DNA from: Candidatus Hermodarchaeota archaeon
GTDB lineage: Archaea; Asgardarchaeota; Lokiarchaeia; Sigyniarchaeales; SOKP01
Assembly (NCBI GenBank): GCA_048885925.1
Contig: JBHLLG010000017.1
Coordinates: 1-46,740 of the forward strand
Length of the DNA: 46,740 nt
Direction: 5' to 3'
Shown here: in pieces, positions 10,638-21,993 of the stretch
Layout of the letters: the number at the start of each line of letters is the position of its first letter
How positions within the stretch are numbered: position 1 is the first letter of the stretch
Notes under the pieces: model-generated
What the model was told of the DNA's origin: nothing
The model's database searches: none
The model's input: only the letters and a program-made list of their open reading frames with translations
Translations under genes and position numbers: made by a program

Positions 10638-12863
10638 GTGAGTGGAATAACAAGGGAATATAAAGGAAATGGAAAAAAAGTAAGAATAAAAGATGCTTAT
10701 AAAGTGGATGCTGGTAGAGGGAGGATAAGAATTGATCCAGATGTAATCGATGAATTAAAACTTAGAACGGGAGATGTAATTGAAATATCTCATCATGTAG
10801 CAGGAAAGAAAACTGCTGCCTTATTGTACCCAGGAAAACCTGAGGATAAAGGAACGAAAATAATTCGAATAGATTCATCGTTAAGACGTAATATTGGTGC
10901 TTCATTGGATGATATAGTTGAAATTCGTAAAATCGAAGCAAGTCTGGCTGATAGGATAACTTTTGCGGGGTTACAAGAATCTGTTATATTAAGAAGATCT
11001 GATCAGTTAGTAAGAATGCTAGAAAATCGTGTAATAACAAAAGGGGATATTTTAAGTTTTAATGCGATGGGTAGAAGGATTGACTTTATTGTTATTGATT
11101 ACTTTCCTAAAGCAGATGCTGTAAGAATTCATTTAGATACTAAAATTACAATCTCAGAAAAAACTCATAAAGAACTTGAAGAATTAGAATCTAGACGAGT
11201 AACATATGAAGATATTGGAGGATTAGAAGAAGAAATTCAGAAAATACGAGAAATGATTGAATTGCCAATAAGACATCCTGAATTATTCAAAAGGATAGGG
11301 ATTGACCCCCCTAAGGGAGTTTTACTGCACGGACCCCCTGGAACAGGAAAAACTCTATTAGCTAGAGCCGTTGCGTATGAAACAGAGGCACATTTTATAA
11401 CTATTAGTGGACCCGAGATTATGAGTAAATTTTATGGTCAGAGTGAAGAAAATCTTCGCAAAGTTTTTGAGGAAGCTAAAGAAATGGCTCCTTCAATAAT
11501 ATTTATTGATGAGTTGGATTCAATTGCCCCTAAAAGAGGCGAAGTCACTGGTGAGGTTGAACGAAGAGTTGTTGCTCAATTACTTTCTCTATTAGATGGA
11601 TTAGAAGGGAGGGGTGAAATTATTGTTATTGGAGCAACAAATAGAGTAAATGATATAGACCCAGCACTTAGAAGACCTGGAAGATTTGATCGAGAAATTG
11701 AGATAGGGGTTCCCGATACAGATGGAAGGTATGAAATTCTATTAATCCATACGCGTGGAATGCCTCTTCATAGTGATGTCGATCTTCGATTTATAGCTGA
11801 AAAAACCCATGGATTTGTTGGGGCAGATATAGAAGCGTTAGCAAAAGAAGCAGCTATGTTAGCTATAAGAGAATTACTACCAAAAATCAATTTAGATAAA
11901 CCAATCCCTCCAGAGATATTAATGGAACTTCAAATTAAAATGAAAAGTTTTGATACTGCAAGAACTAGTATTGAACCTTCAGCTTTAAGAGAAGTTCTAA
12001 TAACCCAACCCACCGAAACATGGGAAGATATAGGTGGATTGGATGATGCAAAGCAACAATTAAAAGAAGTAATTGAATGGCCATTGAGATATCCTAATCT
12101 ATATAAACATTTGAATTCAAAACCTCCTAATGGAATTTTACTGTTTGGACCTCCTGGAACTGGAAAAACGCTTCTAGCTAAAGCACTAGCTCATGAAAGC
12201 GAAGTCAATTTTATTTCAGTAAAAGGACCTGAGTTTTTATCAAAATGGGTAGGTGAAAGTGAAAAAGCAGTTAGGGAAACTTTTCGAAAAGCTAGAGCTG
12301 CTGCCCCTTGTATCATTTTCTTTGATGAAATTGATGCTATAGCCGGATTAAGAGGTAGATTTGCAGGTTCTCAAGTAACAGAACAAGTTGTGTCACAGCT
12401 ATTAACAGAAATGGATGGATTAGAAGGCTTAAAAGATGTTATTCTACTTGCTGCTACAAATAGACCAGATATGTTAGATCCTGCATTGTTAAGATCTGGT
12501 AGATTTGGAAGACATATTGAAATACCTATGCCAGATAAAGATACAAGGGTTGAGATATTCAAAATTCATCTTAAAAATAAACCATTAGCTTCAGATGTAA
12601 ATATAGATCAATTCGCTCAAGATTTAGAAGGATATACTGGTGCCGATATTCAAGCAATCTGCGAAGAAGCCACACTCTTAACAATTCGTAAAACTATTGC
12701 TAATACCAATATAAATACTCAAAATGCGGAGTCAGTAGAAGGAGTGACCATCTCAAAAGCAGAATTCGATGAATCCATTAGGAAAGTGTTAAGATCTGCA
12801 GATAAAGCTAAAAAGTCTTATGAAATGTATGCAAAAGAACCATCAGAAGATCTATATAGATAA
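10638..12863 (+). CDS. cdc48: CDC48/VAT family AAA ATPase
   Basis: N domain plus two AAA modules (GPPGTGKT twice, [28 protein letters not shown]). Confidence 0.96.
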   Translation: MSGITREYKGNGKKVRIKDAYKVDAGRGRIRIDPDVIDELKLRTGDVIEISHHVAGKKTAALLYPGKPEDKGTKIIRIDSSLRRNIGASLDDIVEIRKIEASLADRITFAGLQESVILRRSDQLVRMLENRVITKGDILSFNAMGRRIDFIVIDYFPKADAVRIHLDTKITISEKTHKELEELESRRVTYEDIGGLEEEIQKIREMIELPIRHPELFKRIGIDPPKGVLLHGPPGTGKTLLARAVAYETEAHFITISGPEIMSKFYGQSEENLRKVFEEAKEMAPSIIFIDELDSIAPKRGEVTGEVERRVVAQLLSLLDGLEGRGEIIVIGATNRVNDIDPALRRPGRFDREIEIGVPDTDGRYEILLIHTRGMPLHSDVDLRFIAEKTHGFVGADIEALAKEAAMLAIRELLPKINLDKPIPPEILMELQIKMKSFDTARTSIEPSALREVLITQPTETWEDIGGLDDAKQQLKEVIEWPLRYPNLYKHLNSKPPNGILLFGPPGTGKTLLAKALAHESEVNFISVKGPEFLSKWVGESEKAVRETFRKARAAAPCIIFFDEIDAIAGLRGRFAGSQVTEQVVSQLLTEMDGLEGLKDVILLAATNRPDMLDPALLRSGRFGRHIEIPMPDKDTRVEIFKIHLKNKPLASDVNIDQFAQDLEGYTGADIQAICEEATLLTIRKTIANTNINTQNAESVEGVTISKAEFDESIRKVLRSADKAKKSYEMYAKEPSEDLYR

Positions 12864-12912
12864 CCATTAAGGTTAAATAAACATAATAAAAATTAGAAGG
12901 GATTAAATTAAA

Positions 12913-13701
12913 ATGGAATTAGAAAGACAAGAAGGAAAGGATGATTTTATTAGTATAGATAACTTGCTTGAAATATTAGGAAATCCCACAAGAAGAATTA
13001 TTCTATCCAAATTAGCAAAGGTTCCATTGGGTGCTTCTGAATTAGCAGCTTCATTTGGGAAAAAAATTTCAAGACAAGCAATACACAGTCAACTTAAGAT
13101 GCTTTCTGATTACGGTATAATTGATAGCTTTGGTGATGATCCAAGGAATATTAAGTATCGTATTAAAAATAACATCTCTCTAAGAATTGATATTACTCCA
13201 GATTACTATAATATGAATTATAATCTTAAGAAAGTCGATGATGAAAGACAACACTTACAAATTGCTAATACTGATTATCACATCGACTATCAAAAGCTTA
13301 AAACTCCAAATAAGAAACTTAGATTTTTAGGAGAAAGAATAAAGGAAATAGAACAAAATATTAAAAATTTAGAAAGCAATCGGAAGGAATTATTGCATAA
13401 AAAAGAATGTTTTATAGTAGAATTAAAAAATATAATTCGAGATCAATACGAAGAGGTTCTTAATAAGAAAGAACAGCCAAATTTAGAGAAAGAAATCTTT
13501 TATACACTTTTTTATGATCCAATGAAATATTTCAATAGGATAAATATTGATAAATTAATTGATGATGTTTTTTTCTCAGAAATGGGGACAATACGTAGAG
13601 ACCAAAATAGAGTTTCAATAAGGCATTTATTAAGAGATTTAACAGGTCTAATGGATTTTTTAAGAGAAGATGAGGATGATTTTTGGTTTTTTGATATCTA
13701 A
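12913..13701 (+). CDS. ArsR-family wHTH transcriptional regulator with coiled coil
   Basis: ILGNPTRRIIL..SRQAIHSQLKML, typical of cdc48-adjacent regulators. Confidence 0.75.
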   Translation: MELERQEGKDDFISIDNLLEILGNPTRRIILSKLAKVPLGASELAASFGKKISRQAIHSQLKMLSDYGIIDSFGDDPRNIKYRIKNNISLRIDITPDYYNMNYNLKKVDDERQHLQIANTDYHIDYQKLKTPNKKLRFLGERIKEIEQNIKNLESNRKELLHKKECFIVELKNIIRDQYEEVLNKKEQPNLEKEIFYTLFYDPMKYFNRINIDKLIDDVFFSEMGTIRRDQNRVSIRHLLRDLTGLMDFLREDEDDFWFFDI

Positions 13702-13741
13702 TTTTTACCTTTTTTAATTTAAGTTAATACCAAATAAACCT

Positions 13742-14242
13742 ATGAACCTACAAGAATTAAAAAAAGAGTTACCCGGTATATTTAAACGGGTTAAAAGGGA
13801 TGTTAAAAAAGTATATGGGCGGCATCGAGCAGGTTTGAGTCTTGGTCTTGTCGATATGGGCATGTATAGAGGTGGATTTATAGGAGGCATGCACTTTGCT
13901 CCAGGAACGGAGATTTTTATGAATAAAAAACCATTAGAAATTATTTTGAGAGAACAACCTTACGAGATAATCTGGTCTTATACATATCACATTCTCTTAC
14001 ACGAGTATGTTCATTCATTAGGGATAATAGATGAGCAACAATGCAGAATTATTACACTTAAGATAAGTGAAAAAATTTTTAAGAATGATGATCATCCTGC
14101 TCTAATTCTAGCAAGAAATGGCATTGCAACCTTTTTTCCTAATTTACCTATGATTTATGCTCCTCCAGATCTTAAACCAGAGGGAATTTCAATTGAATAT
14201 ATATATAATTTTGATCAAGAGAGCTATGATTATTATGTATGA
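13742..14242 (+). CDS. Conserved hypothetical zincin-like (HEXXH) protein
   Basis: HILLHEYVHSLG motif. Confidence 0.65.
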   Translation: MNLQELKKELPGIFKRVKRDVKKVYGRHRAGLSLGLVDMGMYRGGFIGGMHFAPGTEIFMNKKPLEIILREQPYEIIWSYTYHILLHEYVHSLGIIDEQQCRIITLKISEKIFKNDDHPALILARNGIATFFPNLPMIYAPPDLKPEGISIEYIYNFDQESYDYYV

Positions 14243-14285
14243 CTGATTCAATGAGCCACTGTAAGAAAACCCTCTTTTTGAAATT

Positions 14286-14672
14286 TTAAATATGCAGACT
14301 TTTTGGAGTGTTCAAGCACTTATTAAGAGTTGAAATTAATTTATCGTGGGTAAAAGGTTTATCTAAGAAACCCATAGCACCATAAGAATAAACTTCTTTC
14401 TTTATCGTTTTATCTGCGCTAGCAAAAATAATCCTTGAATTGTTATCAATATGGAGGATTTCTTTTAAAGCTTCAATTCCATTCTTAATAGGCATTCTGT
14501 AATCTAAAATGATGATATCTGGTTTTTCATTAAAATTCTTAAACATTTTTATTGCTTCCTCTCCATTATTGGCTATTCCTAAAACTCGAAATCCAGCCAT
14601 ATTCAATAAGATTTCATATAATCGTTGGAGATCCCTGTCATCTTCAGCAATAAAAATTGTTTTTATCTTCAA
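14286..14672 (-). CDS. Single-domain response regulator (REC, CheY-like)
   Basis: AEDD, IILDYRMP, SA and KPF motifs; TTG start behind SD GAGGTG. Confidence 0.9.
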   Translation of the reverse strand: MKIKTIFIAEDDRDLQRLYEILLNMAGFRVLGIANNGEEAIKMFKNFNEKPDIIILDYRMPIKNGIEALKEILHIDNNSRIIFASADKTIKKEVYSYGAMGFLDKPFTHDKLISTLNKCLNTPKSLHI

Positions 14673-15026
14673 GACACCTCGATTCTTAAATGAGCTAAAA
14701 ATTTATAATTTCTGTCTAAAAATAATTTTTACACACAAACCTCTATATTAGATAAATATTTTAAATGTGAATTTCAATTTATTAATCTTACAACCCTATA
14801 ACAGAAGTAATGATATTTATGCTTTAACATTTAATAAAAAAAGTTATCGGTACCTAATTTATACTTTATATATATTAGTATCAAAATGGATTAAAAGCCA
14901 ATATCGAAAAATTTTTTTTTCATTATATTATGAAGAACTTATAGAAATATTTTGCATTTTTCATGATTTAAAATATTTTTTTTTAATATATATATTAAAA
15001 ATGAAGTAAAATATTTCATTTACCAA

Positions 15027-16118
15027 ATGGAGGAGAAAAACATCTCGAAATCATTATCTGATGAAAAAGACAGTGCGAGTGAAGAAGTAATCGAGAAGCA
15101 TATTGAAATCACTCCAGAACAATTAATACTTAAATGGAAGTATCAAAATGTCGATAAGAAATTAATCTATGATATCAAAAGATGTATAGGATGCTCGTTA
15201 TGTAAAATCGTATGTCCTGTAGATGCAATAGAACTTGGCCCTATACCTGAAATTGCTCAGGGAATTTTGGACGATAATAATCCAAAAATCTTGATAGATC
15301 ATGAAAAATGTTGTTATTGTATGTTATGCGCAATAATCTGTCCAAATGATGCATTTCATGAAAACATTACACCTAAAGAGCAAATCAATCTTGATGAATT
15401 CCCCTCAATAGGTAAGTTTTTTAATATAGATATGAAAAAATGTATTGAAGACTCTTCGAATAAGATTTGTCAATTATGTTTAACTGTGAGGGACAGAAAT
15501 AATATAAAGGATTATTATAAAATTCAGAAAGAATGCCCTACTCAATGCTTTTCTATTATATCTCCATTAAAAGGAGAAGTTATAATTAAAAAAAATATGC
15601 TCCATAAATGTGACCCACAGGGATGCAAAGCTTGTGTTAATATATGCCCAACAGAATCATTCTTCATTCCAGAAAGTGCTGAAGATGTCAAAAAATATGG
15701 AAAAATAGCTTGTAATGAAGAAGAATGTTTTTATTGCGGAGCCTGTGAAAATTCTTGTCCTGACGATTTAATAATGGTTGAAAGGAAGGAAGTTCTAATC
15801 AATAATCCTAAAAAAAAAGGAAATTTCCCTTGGATTGAGGGTTGGATAAAAAGTATTAAAGAAATCTTAAGAAAAGGATTAATCCAAGGTAAGAAACAAA
15901 TACAAATCCCCATTATTGAAGAAGAAATAAAGAAGCTAAAAGAAGAAATAGAAGAAGAAATTCCTCAACTATCTATAGAAGATCGAAAGAAATTAACCGA
16001 ATTAAATGAAAAAATTCAAAAATTCCTGAGATCTCCAAAGATTAGATATTGGATCAAGGATAAGAAAACTGAGAAAATAACTAAAGAACTTAAAAAGTTT
16101 TTAGAAAATCAAAATTAA
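15027..16118 (+). CDS. Polyferredoxin (FwdF-like multi-4Fe-4S protein)
   Basis: Multiple CxxCxxCxxxCP motifs (CIGCSLCKIVCP, CCYCMLCAIICP, CKACVNICP, CFYCGACENSCP). Confidence 0.8.
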   Translation: MEEKNISKSLSDEKDSASEEVIEKHIEITPEQLILKWKYQNVDKKLIYDIKRCIGCSLCKIVCPVDAIELGPIPEIAQGILDDNNPKILIDHEKCCYCMLCAIICPNDAFHENITPKEQINLDEFPSIGKFFNIDMKKCIEDSSNKICQLCLTVRDRNNIKDYYKIQKECPTQCFSIISPLKGEVIIKKNMLHKCDPQGCKACVNICPTESFFIPESAEDVKKYGKIACNEEECFYCGACENSCPDDLIMVERKEVLINNPKKKGNFPWIEGWIKSIKEILRKGLIQGKKQIQIPIIEEEIKKLKEEIEEEIPQLSIEDRKKLTELNEKIQKFLRSPKIRYWIKDKKTEKITKELKKFLENQN

Positions 16119-16219
16119 GCCCTTTAGTCTTCAAAATAGAATATTTAAAATTATCCTTGTTTAAATACATATTCTGATAACTAATTTAAATAATAAAATC
16201 ATTTTTAGAGCATTTTTAA

Positions 16220-16522
16220 ATGAAATTAATATTAAAAATTAAACCTAAAAACCAGTCGAAGAAAAAGAGAATTATTGTCTGGGTTCAAAAAAATTCAGAA
16301 TTAAATGAAGATATTCTTCAATTTTTTCAAATATTTAAAGAGGATATACAAATCTCAAAATTAAGCAAAATTTTAAGATATTATGTAGTAACATCTGAGA
16401 ATCCAGCAATTATTTTGAATTTTCTTTCATCGATTCAAGAGTCGATCCCTCAAGTTTACTTTAATAATGAAATTCCCTTAGAAGTAGAAGATTTCATAGA
16501 TAGATTCATGGATTCAAAATGA
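16220..16522 (+). CDS. Hypothetical protein
   Basis: 100-aa ORF with ATG start filling the gap before the tRNA. Confidence 0.6.
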   Translation: MKLILKIKPKNQSKKKRIIVWVQKNSELNEDILQFFQIFKEDIQISKLSKILRYYVVTSENPAIILNFLSSIQESIPQVYFNNEIPLEVEDFIDRFMDSK

Positions 16523-16526
16523 AAAA

Positions 16527-16600
16527 TGGGAGAGGAGGGATTTGAACCCTCGACCCCTAGGTCCCAAACCTAGAATCATACCAAGCTAGACTACCCTCCC
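16527..16600 (-). tRNA. tRNA-Pro(TGG), intronless, CCA not encoded
   Basis: Reverse complement GGGAGGGTAGTCTAGCTTGGTATGATTCTAGGTTTGGGACCTAGGGGTCGAGGGTTCAAATCCCTCCTCTCCCA. Acceptor stem GGGAGGG/CTCTCCC, anticodon arm CTAGG-TTTGGGA-CCTAG, T loop TTCAAAT. Confidence 0.96.
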
Positions 16601-16860
16601 ATTACTGAACGGGCTTTTCATTTTCAAGAATATAAATTTAATATTCATTGGAAATATTCAATGAGAATGAATTAAAATAAATCTAACTTGTTATATAATA
16701 CAAACAATAAAAATTAAAATATTTTTTCAATTTTTATTTTTTTTTACTGAAAATAAATTGAATCTAAAAGTTACTTTTTTATTTAATAGTTAGGATTGAT
16801 CTTATTTTTAAATTCTAATTGATATTCTTTTAATGAATATACCGTTTTATTTTAAGTTTA

Positions 16861-17439
16861 ATGAAAAGAATTATTGGATTGTTAAAGATAGGAGACTTAG
16901 ATCACTCAGTTTTAATGAAATTAATGAAAAATCTTGAATTACTTTTTAAAGATTTTAATATATCCGTCGATATTATACCTAAGACAATAATGTTAGAAGA
17001 AACAGAATATAATGATATTAGAAGACAATATGATGCCTCAAAGATTTTAAATAGAATTAAATATCAAATAAAGAATACTCAAATTTTTCGAATATTAGGA
17101 GTGTTAGATAGGGATATTTATTCTGGTACCTTGAATTTTGTATTTGGTATTGCCTTTAACCCAAATATCAATAATCCACTACTTTCATCCGAAGCTTTAA
17201 TCTCAATTACAAGACTTAGAGAAAAATTTTATAGAAGACCTGATAATTCAACACTTTTCGAATTAAGAATATTAAAGGAAGCCATTCATGAACTTGGACA
17301 TACTTTTACATTACAACATTGCAAGAACTTTTGTATAATGCGATTTTCAAATTCATTAACTGATACTGATCATAAACCTCAAGAATATTGTGAATCTTGC
17401 TTGAATAAATTAAAAAGTATTTTAAAACTTAAGGTTTAG
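16861..17439 (+). CDS. amzA: Archaemetzincin Zn metalloprotease
   Basis: RRQYDA, NFVFG, HELGHTFTLQHC...CIMRFS...D.K...C..C. Confidence 0.88.
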   Translation: MKRIIGLLKIGDLDHSVLMKLMKNLELLFKDFNISVDIIPKTIMLEETEYNDIRRQYDASKILNRIKYQIKNTQIFRILGVLDRDIYSGTLNFVFGIAFNPNINNPLLSSEALISITRLREKFYRRPDNSTLFELRILKEAIHELGHTFTLQHCKNFCIMRFSNSLTDTDHKPQEYCESCLNKLKSILKLKV

Positions 17440-18446
17440 CCTTTTGGAAAGCGATTTATAAATTTATTGTAAAGTTCGTCGCTAATTTTTAAAATATTCT
17501 TATAATTTTTAACTAATTTTATTAAATCATTTGGAATGTTCTGAAAACCGAAATAAGCCCCCGCTAAACTTCCTCCAATTGCTCCAACAGTATCGCTATC
17601 CCCCCCAGCTGTTGCCAGCTCAAAAATACATTCTTTAAAAGTAGTTAATCTTTTTAGAAAAATGAAGATTGAGCAAATCACCGTACTTATTGTATATGGA
17701 TGAACAAAAGCTTGCCCTAAATACTGTTCAATAAAATAAGGTGATTTTACTCCTGCTTGAGAAAACTTAATTAATCCAGGTTCAATGGCTATGTCCAAAC
17801 TAGATTTTAATTTATCTAATAATTTAATAAATTCATCCCATATTTCATCTTGAGAATTAGAAATCGAATTAGAAATGACTTCAAAAAATTCATTTATAGA
17901 AAAACCATCATTAGGATTTCTATTTATTAAATAAGCAATGGCATTTGCAATTATAACAGCCCCTGCTGAAGCAGCGGGATGAGAATGGGTGATTATACTA
18001 GATTTTATTGCTGCTGTTTTTAACCCTTTAGGATTTCTATTATAAAATAAGCCAATAGGAGCAATCCTCATAGCAGTACCATTTCCACCAGAATTTGATG
18101 CTGCTTGTTCCCAAGGGATACCATATTTTAATTTACGAATTGAAGAAATACAACCATATCCCGGTCCTATTGGAGGATCATCTAACCAATTTATATATTC
18201 TCTTATAAACTGATCAACGTTAAAGCCATTACCTTTTATTAAAGCTTTAGCTGTGTGAAGTGTCAATTGTGTATCATCAGTATAAGTCTTGAAAATTGAT
18301 TTATTTTTATGGATAAATTCTTCAAAATTATCGAAATAAGAATATATTTGAGAGCGAAGCTTTCCTTGGAATGGCCTTCCAAGGCTATCTCCAATGGCTA
18401 CACCCAACAAACATCCTTGAAATTTATCCTTCAAATCGATTGTCAT
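17436..18446 (-). CDS. ADP-ribosylglycohydrolase family protein
   Basis: GVAIGDSLG, YTDDTQ, GNGTAMRIAP, THSHP, GGDSDTVGAI. Confidence 0.9.
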   Translation of the reverse strand: MTIDLKDKFQGCLLGVAIGDSLGRPFQGKLRSQIYSYFDNFEEFIHKNKSIFKTYTDDTQLTLHTAKALIKGNGFNVDQFIREYINWLDDPPIGPGYGCISSIRKLKYGIPWEQAASNSGGNGTAMRIAPIGLFYNRNPKGLKTAAIKSSIITHSHPAASAGAVIIANAIAYLINRNPNDGFSINEFFEVISNSISNSQDEIWDEFIKLLDKLKSSLDIAIEPGLIKFSQAGVKSPYFIEQYLGQAFVHPYTISTVICSIFIFLKRLTTFKECIFELATAGGDSDTVGAIGGSLAGAYFGFQNIPNDLIKLVKNYKNILKISDELYNKFINRFPKG

Positions 18447-18600
18447 TCTAATTCATCATTACTTCAGCAAATATAAAATTAACATTTTTTAATCTTTTAA
18501 CTTTTTTGAATAGGCATTAAATATTCATTAATAAGGCTTATATACGATTTTTACTAATATTTGTTTTAAATAACAATTTCAATTTTAAAGATGATTTAAA

Positions 18601-19500
18601 ATGCCTAAAATTGAAAAACTGAAAAATGTAATTACTGCTATGATCACACCTTTTAAAGAAGATCTAACTTTAGATGAGCAAAAATACCGAGAATTTATTA
18701 GATTTCAAATTGAAAATGGATGTGAAATCTTAACAATGGGTACAACAGGGGAAAGTGCTACAATGTCTCATGAAGAACATCACATAGCAATGGATATTGC
18801 TTTAGATGAGGCAAAAAAAAGTGGAAAAAATCCTTTTGTCTTAGCAGGAACAGGAAGTAATTCTACTAAGGAATCTATTTCCTTATCACAATATGCTGAA
18901 AAGAAAGGAGCCGATGGCATATTATTAGTTGTACCATATTATAATAAACCAGCTCAACATTCTCTAATTGATCACTTTTCTGCTATTGCAGATTCTGTCT
19001 CATTACCAATAGTACTATATAATGTTCCAAGTCGCACTGGGACTAATTTAGAACCTGAAACGGTATCTAAGTTAGCAAATTCCAAGGATAACATAGTAGG
19101 AATAAAATGTGCGAGTGGAAACATTGATCAAATTACTAAAATTATTAAAACTACACCAGATGATTTTATAGTATTAAGCGGAGATGATGTCTTAACATAT
19201 CATATTATGGCTTTAGGTGGAAAAGGAGTTATCAGCGTCGCCTCTAATATTATTCCGGCAAAAATGGTTGAATTCACTAATGCTATGCTCAATAATGAGT
19301 GGAACAAGGCAAGATCCATGCAATTAGAACTATATGATTTATTTAAGGTTCTTTTTATCGAATCAAATCCTGGTCCAGTAAAATATGCTGCAAATATAAT
19401 GGGATTAATGAATCGAAGGATGAGATTACCACTTACTCCACCATTAGAAGAGAATCAAGCAAAAATAAGAAATGTGTTACAAAAGCTAAATTTAATTTAA
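18601..19500 (+). CDS. dapA: 4-hydroxy-tetrahydrodipicolinate synthase
   Basis: GTTGES, PYYNKP, LYNVPSRTG, GIK Schiff-base Lys, SGDD, ESNPGPVK. Confidence 0.93.
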   Translation: MPKIEKLKNVITAMITPFKEDLTLDEQKYREFIRFQIENGCEILTMGTTGESATMSHEEHHIAMDIALDEAKKSGKNPFVLAGTGSNSTKESISLSQYAEKKGADGILLVVPYYNKPAQHSLIDHFSAIADSVSLPIVLYNVPSRTGTNLEPETVSKLANSKDNIVGIKCASGNIDQITKIIKTTPDDFIVLSGDDVLTYHIMALGGKGVISVASNIIPAKMVEFTNAMLNNEWNKARSMQLELYDLFKVLFIESNPGPVKYAANIMGLMNRRMRLPLTPPLEENQAKIRNVLQKLNLI

Positions 19501-19521
19501 TTTGTTATAGGGGAAATAAGT

Positions 19522-20343
19522 TTGATTAAAGTACTAATATTAGGACCAACGGGTTCAATGGGTAAATTGATTAGCGCACTTGCAATAAAAGATAATGAAA
19601 TAAGTGTAGTTGCTGTATGCGATATCGCCCATGTAGGCGATGAGTTAGGAAATATAGTAGGTATAAATGATCCAAGCAAAATTAAGATAAATCACATAAA
19701 TAAATTACAGGAGATTATCAAAGAAACACAACCAGAAGTAGTAGTTGACTTCACTACTGCAAAAGCAACTGAAAAAAACTGTTTAATATGTGTGGAGAAT
19801 GGAATAAGGTGCGTTATTGGTACAACTGCGTTATCAGAAGAATTTCTTCTTAGATTTAAGGAACTTGTAAAAAATAATAAAGCACCAGCTGTTATTTCAC
19901 CCAACATGGCTACCGGTGTTAATGTACTATTTAAAACGGTATCAGTATTAACAAATTATTTAAATGATTGGGATATTGAAGTTATTGAGGCGCATCATAA
20001 TAGAAAAGTTGATGCTCCAAGTGGTACAGCTTTAAAAATTGGACAAATTATAAGTAATACCCTTGATTCTGATTTCGAAGGGATTGCTAAATTCGGTCGC
20101 ACTAAAGGTACCCATAAACGTTTAGTTGGAGCTAAGAATGAAATAGGAATTCATTCTATCCGAGCAGGTGATATTATAGGCGATCATACAATTCTGTTTG
20201 GTGGACCTGGAGAACGAATTGAATTGAAACATCAAGCTCATAGTAGAGAATGTTTTGCTAATGGAGCTATAAAGGCTATAAAATTTATCGCTATAGCTGA
20301 AGAAAATAAAATATATTCTACAAATGAGGTTCTAGGGCTTTAA
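19522..20343 (+). CDS. dapB: 4-hydroxy-tetrahydrodipicolinate reductase
   Basis: GPTGSMG, VDFT, GTT, EAHHNRKVDAPSGTA. Confidence 0.95.
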   Translation: MIKVLILGPTGSMGKLISALAIKDNEISVVAVCDIAHVGDELGNIVGINDPSKIKINHINKLQEIIKETQPEVVVDFTTAKATEKNCLICVENGIRCVIGTTALSEEFLLRFKELVKNNKAPAVISPNMATGVNVLFKTVSVLTNYLNDWDIEVIEAHHNRKVDAPSGTALKIGQIISNTLDSDFEGIAKFGRTKGTHKRLVGAKNEIGIHSIRAGDIIGDHTILFGGPGERIELKHQAHSRECFANGAIKAIKFIAIAEENKIYSTNEVLGL

Positions 20344-20388
20344 TAATAATTTATTAGAAGTTCTATTTATAAACTTAGAATCTTAAGA

Positions 20389-20544
20389 TGAGATAAAATT
20401 ATAAAAAAGATCAGTGCAGATCAGTATTATCATTAATCTTTTTAGTTATACAACTATATTCAGATTTCATTACGCCAACGCTTCATTGAAAATATTAAAG
20501 GGTATCCAGGCCTTAATATTGTCACTTCTTATAATTTTATCTCA
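20389..20544. repeat. 156-bp element bounded by 16-bp perfect inverted repeats with internal hairpins (MITE-like or structured ncRNA)
   Basis: TGAGATAAAATTATAA at 20389..20404 and its reverse complement TTATAATTTTATCTCA at 20529..20544. Confidence 0.55.
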
Positions 20545-20603
20545 ATATCTAATTAATTGATTTTAGTTTTTATTTTTATTGTTTCGATTAAATTAATAAA
20601 AAT

Positions 20604-21917
20604 TTATTTTAAATAATCTGGAACGGTCTGATTTTGGATTAAATCATCAAATACTTCTTCATTACGAATTTTATACATATTTCCATCATTTATTAAAATT
20701 TCTGCAGGTCTTGGTCTTGAATTATAGGGACTACTCATAGTGAATCCGTAAGCACCTGTATCTAGAATGGCTATATAATCTCCTTCACTCAATTCAGATA
20801 GTTCTCTCCCCTTTCCAAGAACGTCACCGGATTCACATATAGGACCTACAATATCATAAGTTAAAATTGGCTTCATAGGCTTTTCTTTACAGGGAATAAT
20901 GTGATGATATGAACCATACATCGTTGGTCTAATTAATGTATTAAATCCTGCGTCAATCCCAGCAAATAATTTAAAACCATTATCCTTTATAGTATTTATT
21001 TGTGTTAAAATAATACTCGATTCCGCCGAAATATATCGTCCTGGTTCAAAAAAAACAAATGGTTCTCCAATATCTCCTTCTTGTATCAATTCTTTGAAAT
21101 TATTAAATATTATTTCGCTATACTTTTTTAAATCAATCGGATCTGCATCAGGATGGTAAGGGATCCCCAATCCACCACCAAAATCTATAAATTCAAATTG
21201 AATTTTCAAGGATTTTGCTATTTTTTCAATAATATATCTATAAACTTCAACAGGTTTCTCATAATCATTAGCATTAATTATTCCTGAACCGATATGCTGA
21301 TGAATTCCAAATTTTTTAAATCCTAATTCTTTTGCTCTTGAATAAGCTTTAACAATTTGATTCTCTAAAATTCCAAATTTTATTTGCCTTCCTGCTGTGA
21401 TAGTATGTGGATGATGACCCGCTCCAAATTCAGGATTAAATCTAAATGATATGATATTTTTTTCTCTTTTTTTTCTTTCATAAACTTTTACTAACCTTTC
21501 TAATTGACTATAACTGTCTAAGTTAATCAGAATATCGTTATCAATCGCAAATTCGAAATCCTTATTGGTAAACATGTTACCAGTATAAATTATTTGATCT
21601 GGTGAAATTCCTGATTTTAAGCAAACATAGATTTCTCCTATTGATGAACAATCGTAATTTGATCCTTCAGAATTCAGTATTTTTAAAATTGTGAGATTTG
21701 TATTTGATTTTACTGCGAAATATATTTTATTCTTTTTATATATTGAATCCAAGTTCTTTTTTAATTCTCGATATCTCTTTCTTATCATCTGCTCATTTAT
21801 AACATAAATAGGAGTCCCAAATTTTCCAGCAATTTCAATTGTTTTTAAATTGGCAAAATATAAAAAGCCATCTCTATACTCTAAATCTTTATTGTTTAAC
21901 CAGCTAATATAATCCAT
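20604..21917 (-). CDS. lysA: Diaminopimelate decarboxylase
   Basis: FAVKSN PLP Lys, HQHIGS, DFGGG, EPGRY, GPICESGD, GAYG..MSSPYNSRPRP. Confidence 0.95.
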   Translation of the reverse strand: MDYISWLNNKDLEYRDGFLYFANLKTIEIAGKFGTPIYVINEQMIRKRYRELKKNLDSIYKKNKIYFAVKSNTNLTILKILNSEGSNYDCSSIGEIYVCLKSGISPDQIIYTGNMFTNKDFEFAIDNDILINLDSYSQLERLVKVYERKKREKNIISFRFNPEFGAGHHPHTITAGRQIKFGILENQIVKAYSRAKELGFKKFGIHQHIGSGIINANDYEKPVEVYRYIIEKIAKSLKIQFEFIDFGGGLGIPYHPDADPIDLKKYSEIIFNNFKELIQEGDIGEPFVFFEPGRYISAESSIILTQINTIKDNGFKLFAGIDAGFNTLIRPTMYGSYHHIIPCKEKPMKPILTYDIVGPICESGDVLGKGRELSELSEGDYIAILDTGAYGFTMSSPYNSRPRPAEILINDGNMYKIRNEEVFDDLIQNQTVPDYLK

Positions 21918-21993
21918 ACACCCACCAGATTAGGATATTTAAGAGTAATTTAAATTTAAATTTCAAATAATTCATATATTATAAACCAAATTG

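Noticed and set aside
14767-15009. 80-aa ORF in an AT-rich intergenic region
   Set aside because: Low-complexity composition, no motif, and it occupies the divergent promoter region.
16527-16600. tRNA-Pro as an integration site or intron-containing tRNA
   Set aside because: No duplicated tRNA 3' end, integrase or intron is visible in the window.
20389-20544. Lysine riboswitch or SECIS element
   Set aside because: It lies at the 3' ends of convergent genes, lacks the L-box consensus, and no adjacent gene has an in-frame TGA.
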